Assembly: GCA_937139415.1 (NCBI GenBank)
Contig: CAKZPS010000055.1
Coordinates: 2,647 to 66,646 of the forward strand
Length of the DNA: 64,000 nucleotides
DNA from: an uncultured bacterium
Lineage (GTDB): Bacteria; Atribacterota; Atribacteria; Atribacterales; Caldatribacteriaceae
Reading direction: 5' to 3'
Part shown: one piece after another, positions 59,528-64,000 of the stretch
Layout: each line of letters opens with the position of its first letter
How positions within the stretch are numbered: position 1 is the stretch's first letter
The notes under the pieces: model-generated
Told to the model about the DNA's origin: nothing
Seen by the model: the letters and a program-made list of their open reading frames with translations, nothing else
Database searches by the model: none
Made by a program: the position numbers and the translations under genes

Positions 59528-60118
59528 ATGGACGATTTCCTCATTCGGTTGCGTCGATCTCCGATTATCGGTGCTCTCCGTGCTTCTTTACACAGCATGA
59601 AAGAAGAGGACTTCTCCCTCTGTGCGGTATTTTTCTTACTCGAGAGCAATATCTTAGAAGTTCAAGAATTTCTTCCTCATCACGTTACTTCTCCGTTTTT
59701 TTTCTTACATCTCGATCTCTTCGGTGGTATCGCCTCTGATGAAAGCGGTTTATGTTTCATTCGCAACAATTTTCCCTCTATTCGCGGAATCATCTCCACC
59801 CGTGCCCGCACTTTGGCTCTGGCGAAGAAACTGGGCTTCTTTTCTATCCTCCGTTTGTTCTGTATTGACAGCGAATCATTAAAAACCGGCTTGCGTATTG
59901 CCAATGACCTTTCACCTGATGCGGTGGAACTTTTACCCGGTCTCATCTTTCCTAAAATCAAAGAGCTAATTCCCGAAGGAGCTTTGCCACCGATCATTTG
60001 TGGTGGCTTAATCCGCAACCAGAGTGAAGTACAAGAGATTTTGCATTGTGGAGCGGTGGCCATTTCCACCAGTCACCGGGAGCTTTGGAAAATGAATCTC
60101 CAAAATGAACTTCGATAG
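59528..60118 (+). CDS. glpP: Glycerol-3-phosphate-responsive antiterminator GlpP family
   Basis: 196 aa from ATG 59528. The pattern PIIGALR...VFFLLESNI...LHLDLFGGI...GIISTRA...AKKLG...LRLFCIDSESL...PDAVELLPG...ICGGLI...GAVAISTSHRELW is GlpP-like. The 90 codons upstream in the ORF-track ORF (59258-) show no homology. Confidence 0.8.
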   Translation: MDDFLIRLRRSPIIGALRASLHSMKEEDFSLCAVFFLLESNILEVQEFLPHHVTSPFFFLHLDLFGGIASDESGLCFIRNNFPSIRGIISTRARTLALAKKLGFFSILRLFCIDSESLKTGLRIANDLSPDAVELLPGLIFPKIKELIPEGALPPIICGGLIRNQSEVQEILHCGAVAISTSHRELWKMNLQNELR

Positions 60119-60140
60119 GAGAAAAGCGAGGAGCTATCCA

Positions 60141-61592
60141 ATGGAACCTGTGTTTGACGTCATCATTGTCGGTGGAGGAGTAGTCGGTTGCGCCGTAGCT
60201 TGGTATCTCTCCCATTTCGATCTCCGGGTTGTCCTCTTAGAAAAGGAGAGAGATGTATGTTGTGGGGTGAGTAAAGCCAACACAGGCGTTATTCATTCTC
60301 GAAGCTACTTTACTCCCCATACCTTAAAGGGAGAACTCCATCTTCGCTCCCTCGAGTTATTCCCTTCTCTCGAGCGCGAACTCGACTTTCATTGCCATAA
60401 GGTCGGAGCACTCACCATTGCTTTCTCTCTCCATGACCTCCAATATTTGAACACCCTCAAAGAAAGAGGAAAAAATCCTCACGCAGAAATCATCGGACCA
60501 CAAGAACTGAAGGAGCTGGAACCCCTAGTGAATCCGGAAGTCATTGCCTGTTACTATGATCCGGAAACAAAAGTGGTTTCACCTTTTCTCCTCACCTTAG
60601 CACTGGCCGAATTCGCCGTCCTCAATGGGGTCGAGTTTATTTTTTTCACCGAAGTACTTGGCTTTGAAGAAACGAGAGACGCTCTCTCCGTTCAGACTAA
60701 CCGAGGAGTTTACCGAGCACGGGTAGCAATCAACTGCACCGGGATTCATGCCACGTCCTTAGCCCAAAAAACTGGGGAAACCATCCCTCTCCATCGACTC
60801 TATCGAGGACAGTATTTCGTCTTGGATCGAGATTGTCAGTCCTTAGTGAAACATGTTCTCTATCCAGTTCCAACCGTGGGAAGCAAGGGAATTCTCGTTA
60901 CTCCAACTCCGGAGGGGAACATCCTGGTCGGTCCCAATTTTGAACTCATCCCTGAAGAAGATACCGCAACCACGAAAATAGGGCTTGAAGAGGTAGAACG
61001 AGGAGGAGGGAGGCTTGTGCCCTCGCTCCCCCTGCACAAGACTATCACCACTTTCTCCGGTATACGTCCCACTCTTCCTGACCGAGATTTTCGCATATTT
61101 TTCTCTCTCCGTTTTCCAAGACTTCTCCATCTCTGTGGTATTGAATCCCCGGGTCTCACTGCATCCTTGGGTATTGCGGAATATGTTGGGGAACAGATAC
61201 AAAAAACCGGTATTCTTTTCCGGGAAAAGAAGGTTGCCCCTCGAGTTTCTTTCCCCGTTTTTCGGACAGCAAGCTGGGAAGAGAGAGAGAAACTCATCGC
61301 CCAAGACCCGGATTGGGGAGACATTGTTTGTCGGTGCGAAGAGGTCACTTTGGCAGAAATTAAACATGCGCTCTCTTCTTGCTTACCAGCATCGACTCTT
61401 GACGGATTAAAGAGAAGAGTGCGCGTTATGGCAGGAAGATGCCAGGGGAGTTTTTGCGGCATGCATCTTCCCGATATTCTCATGGGGAAAAGTTTGCAAA
61501 AGAGGGAAGCGATCATGAAATCAGGCGAGAAATCATGGTACTGCTTGGACACCATAGGGAGGGCGGAAACCGAAAATGCCTCGACGCGTTAA
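60141..61592 (+). CDS. FAD-dependent oxidoreductase, GlpA/GlpD-like, with BFD-like [2Fe-2S] domain
   Basis: ATG 60141 lies after GCGAGGAG. FAD motif DVIIVGGGVVGCA and a C-terminal Cys cluster (CRCEEV...RVMAGRCQGSFC). Confidence 0.8.
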   Translation: MEPVFDVIIVGGGVVGCAVAWYLSHFDLRVVLLEKERDVCCGVSKANTGVIHSRSYFTPHTLKGELHLRSLELFPSLERELDFHCHKVGALTIAFSLHDLQYLNTLKERGKNPHAEIIGPQELKELEPLVNPEVIACYYDPETKVVSPFLLTLALAEFAVLNGVEFIFFTEVLGFEETRDALSVQTNRGVYRARVAINCTGIHATSLAQKTGETIPLHRLYRGQYFVLDRDCQSLVKHVLYPVPTVGSKGILVTPTPEGNILVGPNFELIPEEDTATTKIGLEEVERGGGRLVPSLPLHKTITTFSGIRPTLPDRDFRIFFSLRFPRLLHLCGIESPGLTASLGIAEYVGEQIQKTGILFREKKVAPRVSFPVFRTASWEEREKLIAQDPDWGDIVCRCEEVTLAEIKHALSSCLPASTLDGLKRRVRVMAGRCQGSFCGMHLPDILMGKSLQKREAIMKSGEKSWYCLDTIGRAETENASTR

Positions 61593-62835
61593 GGCCCAAG
61601 TGGTGGTTATCGGTGGCGGTCCGGCAGGCATGGCCTCAGCACTGGCAGCCTTTGAAAATGGAGCCCGACCGGTTTTTCTCTTAGAACGAGGAGAGTACTT
61701 AGGCGGTATTTTGAATCAGTGTATCCATCCCGGTTTTGGACTCCATCTCTTCGGGGAGGAGCTCACTGGACCAGAATACGCTGAACGATTCAAAGAAAAA
61801 TTGAGTCGCACGCAAGTCGAGGTTTTGTTGAACACTACCGTTCTTGAAATCACCCCACAACGCATAGTCCGCGCGGTGAATCCTCAAGGAGTGTGGGAAT
61901 TTGAAACGACCCGTGCCGTCCTCAGCATGGGTTGTCGAGAACGAACGCGGGGGATGCTTCGCCTCCCCGGTACTCGACCGGCGGGAATTTTCACCGCTGG
62001 TCTCGCTCAGTATCTCGTAAATATAGAGGGACTTCTCCCCGGGAAAGAGGTACTCATTTTGGGTTCAGGAGATATTGGCCTCATCATGGCTCGTCGTCTC
62101 ACTCTGGAAGGAGCAACAGTAAAAGCAGTCGTAGAGGTACGTGATTCACTCAGCGGACTCTTGCGAAATTACGTCCAGTGTTTACACGATTTCAACATCC
62201 CTTTATGGCTCTCCCATACGGTAACCACTATCCAAGGAAAGGAACGTGTGGAGGGAGTAGTAGTGAGTAGGGTAGACGAGGGAGGCCGGGCTATCCCAGG
62301 GAGTGAACGGGTTGTCCCTTGCGACACCTTACTCCTCTCGGTAGGACTCATTCCGGAAAACGAACTCTCTCGCCAAGCAAGCATACCTCTCTGTCCACGT
62401 ACCGGTGGTCCGGTCATCAACGAATACTTTGCCTGTGAGAGGGAAGGTTTTTTCGCCTGCGGAAATGTAGTAGGGGTTTTTGATCTCGTCGATTACGTTA
62501 CCTTAGTATCACAAGGAGTAGGAGAGGCCGTGAATATACCTACCGCTTTCTCGCCGGCAAAGTACCATCTCGTTCCGGGCGATGGTGTTTCACTCGTCAT
62601 CCCCCAAAAAATACAGGAGGGGAAGAAGGGGTTCCTCTTCTTGCGTTCATTACAAAGTTTTCGCCAGGCAGCGGTTTCCTTCTCCTTCCAAGGAAAGGAA
62701 TTCCACAAACTCAGGGTTCCCCTGTGTTATCCCAGCGAAATGATTCGCCTCAATATTCAGGACATTCCTTGGCCTTCTCAAGGGGGTGAAATTCGCATTG
62801 GTATTACCGGTGAAAGAATCCGCGGAATCTACTAA
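61576..62835 (+). CDS. FAD/NAD(P)-binding pyridine nucleotide-disulfide-type oxidoreductase
   Basis: Two dinucleotide-binding motifs (VVVIGGGPAGMA; ILGSGDIGL). Overlaps the previous gene by 17 nt. Confidence 0.8.
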   Translation: MPRRVKAQVVVIGGGPAGMASALAAFENGARPVFLLERGEYLGGILNQCIHPGFGLHLFGEELTGPEYAERFKEKLSRTQVEVLLNTTVLEITPQRIVRAVNPQGVWEFETTRAVLSMGCRERTRGMLRLPGTRPAGIFTAGLAQYLVNIEGLLPGKEVLILGSGDIGLIMARRLTLEGATVKAVVEVRDSLSGLLRNYVQCLHDFNIPLWLSHTVTTIQGKERVEGVVVSRVDEGGRAIPGSERVVPCDTLLLSVGLIPENELSRQASIPLCPRTGGPVINEYFACEREGFFACGNVVGVFDLVDYVTLVSQGVGEAVNIPTAFSPAKYHLVPGDGVSLVIPQKIQEGKKGFLFLRSLQSFRQAAVSFSFQGKEFHKLRVPLCYPSEMIRLNIQDIPWPSQGGEIRIGITGERIRGIY

Positions 62836-62836
62836 G

Positions 62837-63214
62837 GTGATCTGTATTGTCTGCCCCAAGGGGTGCATTTTGGAGGGACGGAGAGACGAAAGGGGAGTGA
62901 CCATTCAAAACGGATGCCCTCGCGGTCAAGAATACGCCTACCGCGAGTTGCAAAATCCTTGCCGAATAGTGACTACCACCATCGCCGTTCGCAATGCCGC
63001 TCTTAAAAGGCTCCCGGTGCGGACCTCTCTACCCTTTCCTAAGAGGAGAATACCGGAACTCATCGATTTTCTGCACACCTTGAGTGTGGAGGCACCGGTC
63101 CGGGTGGGAACCGTTCTCATGGAGAATCTCCTCGGTGAACCAGGCGTTCATCTTGTTGCTACCCGGACCATTGAGAGGAAATCTCCCTCAAGGGAGACTG
63201 AGAGGCAGACGTAA
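62837..63214 (+). CDS. DUF1667 domain protein (Cys-rich)
   Basis: GTG 62837 lies 1 nt after the previous stop. CIVCPKGCILE...GCPRGQEYA...PCRIVTTTIAV...LPVRTS is the DUF1667 pattern, usually the third gene of this flavoprotein trio. Confidence 0.75.
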   Translation: MICIVCPKGCILEGRRDERGVTIQNGCPRGQEYAYRELQNPCRIVTTTIAVRNAALKRLPVRTSLPFPKRRIPELIDFLHTLSVEAPVRVGTVLMENLLGEPGVHLVATRTIERKSPSRETERQT

Positions 63215-64000
63215 TTGGAGCATGCCAATTTTCATCTTGACCATCGGGATGAGGCTCAGTTCTTCCTTCGCTTCCGCCAATTCGAGAAGCCTCTCATACA
63301 CTTTAATTGCTTCGACAACCTTCCCTTCCGTTTCGTAGAGAGTCCCTAAGAGGTTCAAGGCAGAAAGGTTCTCCGGGTCTTCTTGGAAAATCCCGGAAAG
63401 AGCAACGTAACTTCGCTCGAAGAAATTGATTCGGAAATACCACATCGCCTTGTCAAGGAGAAAATCCACTCTTTTTGCATAGAGCTTTTCCGCTTGGGCA
63501 AAGAGGTTCTGAGCTTCTTCTTCATGACCTCGCTTATCCTCAATGCATGCCGATATGACGTAGGGAGTAGGACGCTCAGGGAAGAGCAATATTGCTTCCT
63601 TACAGCTTGCTAAGGCTTCCTCCCATTTTTCTTCTCCAATGAGTTGTTCCACTCTACCGAGCGCGTTGAGGTATTTTTGCTCATTAGGTGGCAAGCGAAA
63701 AACAAAGAAGTAGAGACTCACGAGGAGAACGCCCACAATGGAGAGGAGAGTGAGACTCCTCTTCATCCGCGAGCTTTTTTCCCGTTTCACCTTTTCATCA
63801 AGCCACCACCAGAAGTGTTCTCGAGGCGGATTCACCCGTTCCCGTTCTCGGCGAAGAAGGTCTTTTTCCACCAACCTGACGAAGAGAGGGGCATTCTTTT
63901 CCAAAAGGGCATCAAAGTTACCTACTCGAGTTTCTTCTGGGTCGAGAAAAGCCCCTCGCTCTCTATAAAAATGAAGCCATTCTTGGATGGCGTCTCGCAA
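63188..64000 (-). CDS. TPR-repeat membrane-anchored protein (5' end beyond the window)
   Basis: ORF is open to the window edge. One TM helix (LTLLSIVGVLLVSLYFFVF) is followed by TPR-like repeats (ALGRVEQL..WEEALASCKEAILL..., LNLLGTLYETEGKVVEAIKVYERLLEL). Confidence 0.65.
   Translation of the reverse strand: MRDAIQEWLHFYRERGAFLDPEETRVGNFDALLEKNAPLFVRLVEKDLLRRERERVNPPREHFWWWLDEKVKREKSSRMKRSLTLLSIVGVLLVSLYFFVFRLPPNEQKYLNALGRVEQLIGEEKWEEALASCKEAILLFPERPTPYVISACIEDKRGHEEEAQNLFAQAEKLYAKRVDFLLDKAMWYFRINFFERSYVALSGIFQEDPENLSALNLLGTLYETEGKVVEAIKVYERLLELAEAKEELSLIPMVKMKIGMLQLRLPLSLP

Noticed and set aside
60843-61555. Two long antisense ORFs (174 and 231 aa) opposite the GlpA-like gene. Similar cases lie opposite ribF (32335-32967), pheT (17944-18492), ftsK (36461-37000) and nusA (26672-27253).
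   Set aside because: Each overlaps a confidently identified sense gene. None has recognisable motifs, and none has start-codon context.

Overview
This window is a dense, almost fully protein-coding stretch of a bacterial chromosome. By my gene calls only about 1.4 kb of the 64 kb is intergenic, and the largest gap is 147 nt.

Gene content, in order:
- uvrA (5' partial), uvrC, whiA, then an orphan MalK/MsmX-type sugar-ABC ATPase.
- gap, tpiA, secG, a nicotinate phosphoribosyltransferase-like gene, and a 5-gene peptide-type ABC importer.
- infC, rpmI, rplT, pheS, pheT, cvpA, mutS2.
- A class A PBP on the minus strand, then queT and tyrS.
- A 20-gene co-directional train: nusA, ylxR, infB, DUF503, rbfA, nrnA, truB, ribF, rpsO, pnp, ftsK, rodZ, rimO, cinA, thpR, recA, recX, rny, ymdB, spoVS.
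- miaB, miaA, DUF1844.
- A strand-switching, less conserved block: Gfo/Idh/MocA oxidoreductase, a 91-aa orphan, mutY, a nonsense-interrupted alpha/beta hydrolase, and pgi.
- A polar amino-acid ABC importer, hom, a Zn-ribbon protein, DUF1638, and a PHP histidinol phosphatase.
- A glpP-led flavoprotein operon (GlpA-like, FAD/NAD oxidoreductase, DUF1667), then a partial TPR protein at the 3' edge.

Gene order resembles Bacillota (pheST...cvpA-mutS2; nusA-ylxR-infB-ylxP-rbfA-truB-ribF-rpsO-pnp; rodZ...cinA-recA-rny-ymdB-spoVS). Non-ATG starts (GTG/TTG) are frequent.

I saw no rRNA, tRNA, CRISPR array, transposase, integrase or phage genes. I did not find a convincing novel multi-gene system, and this reads as an ordinary core-genome region.

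Items worth a second look:
- An intrinsic terminator 12 nt upstream of the glpP antiterminator gene, and a similar hairpin in front of nusA.
- A uvrC whose conserved N-terminus has no usable in-frame start codon.
- An in-frame TAA splitting a hydrolase.
- A recurring TGgTAnnnT extended -10 motif.
- All five convergent gene pairs overlap or abut.
- An unlisted 53-codon membrane ORF.
- A few orphan or DUF genes.
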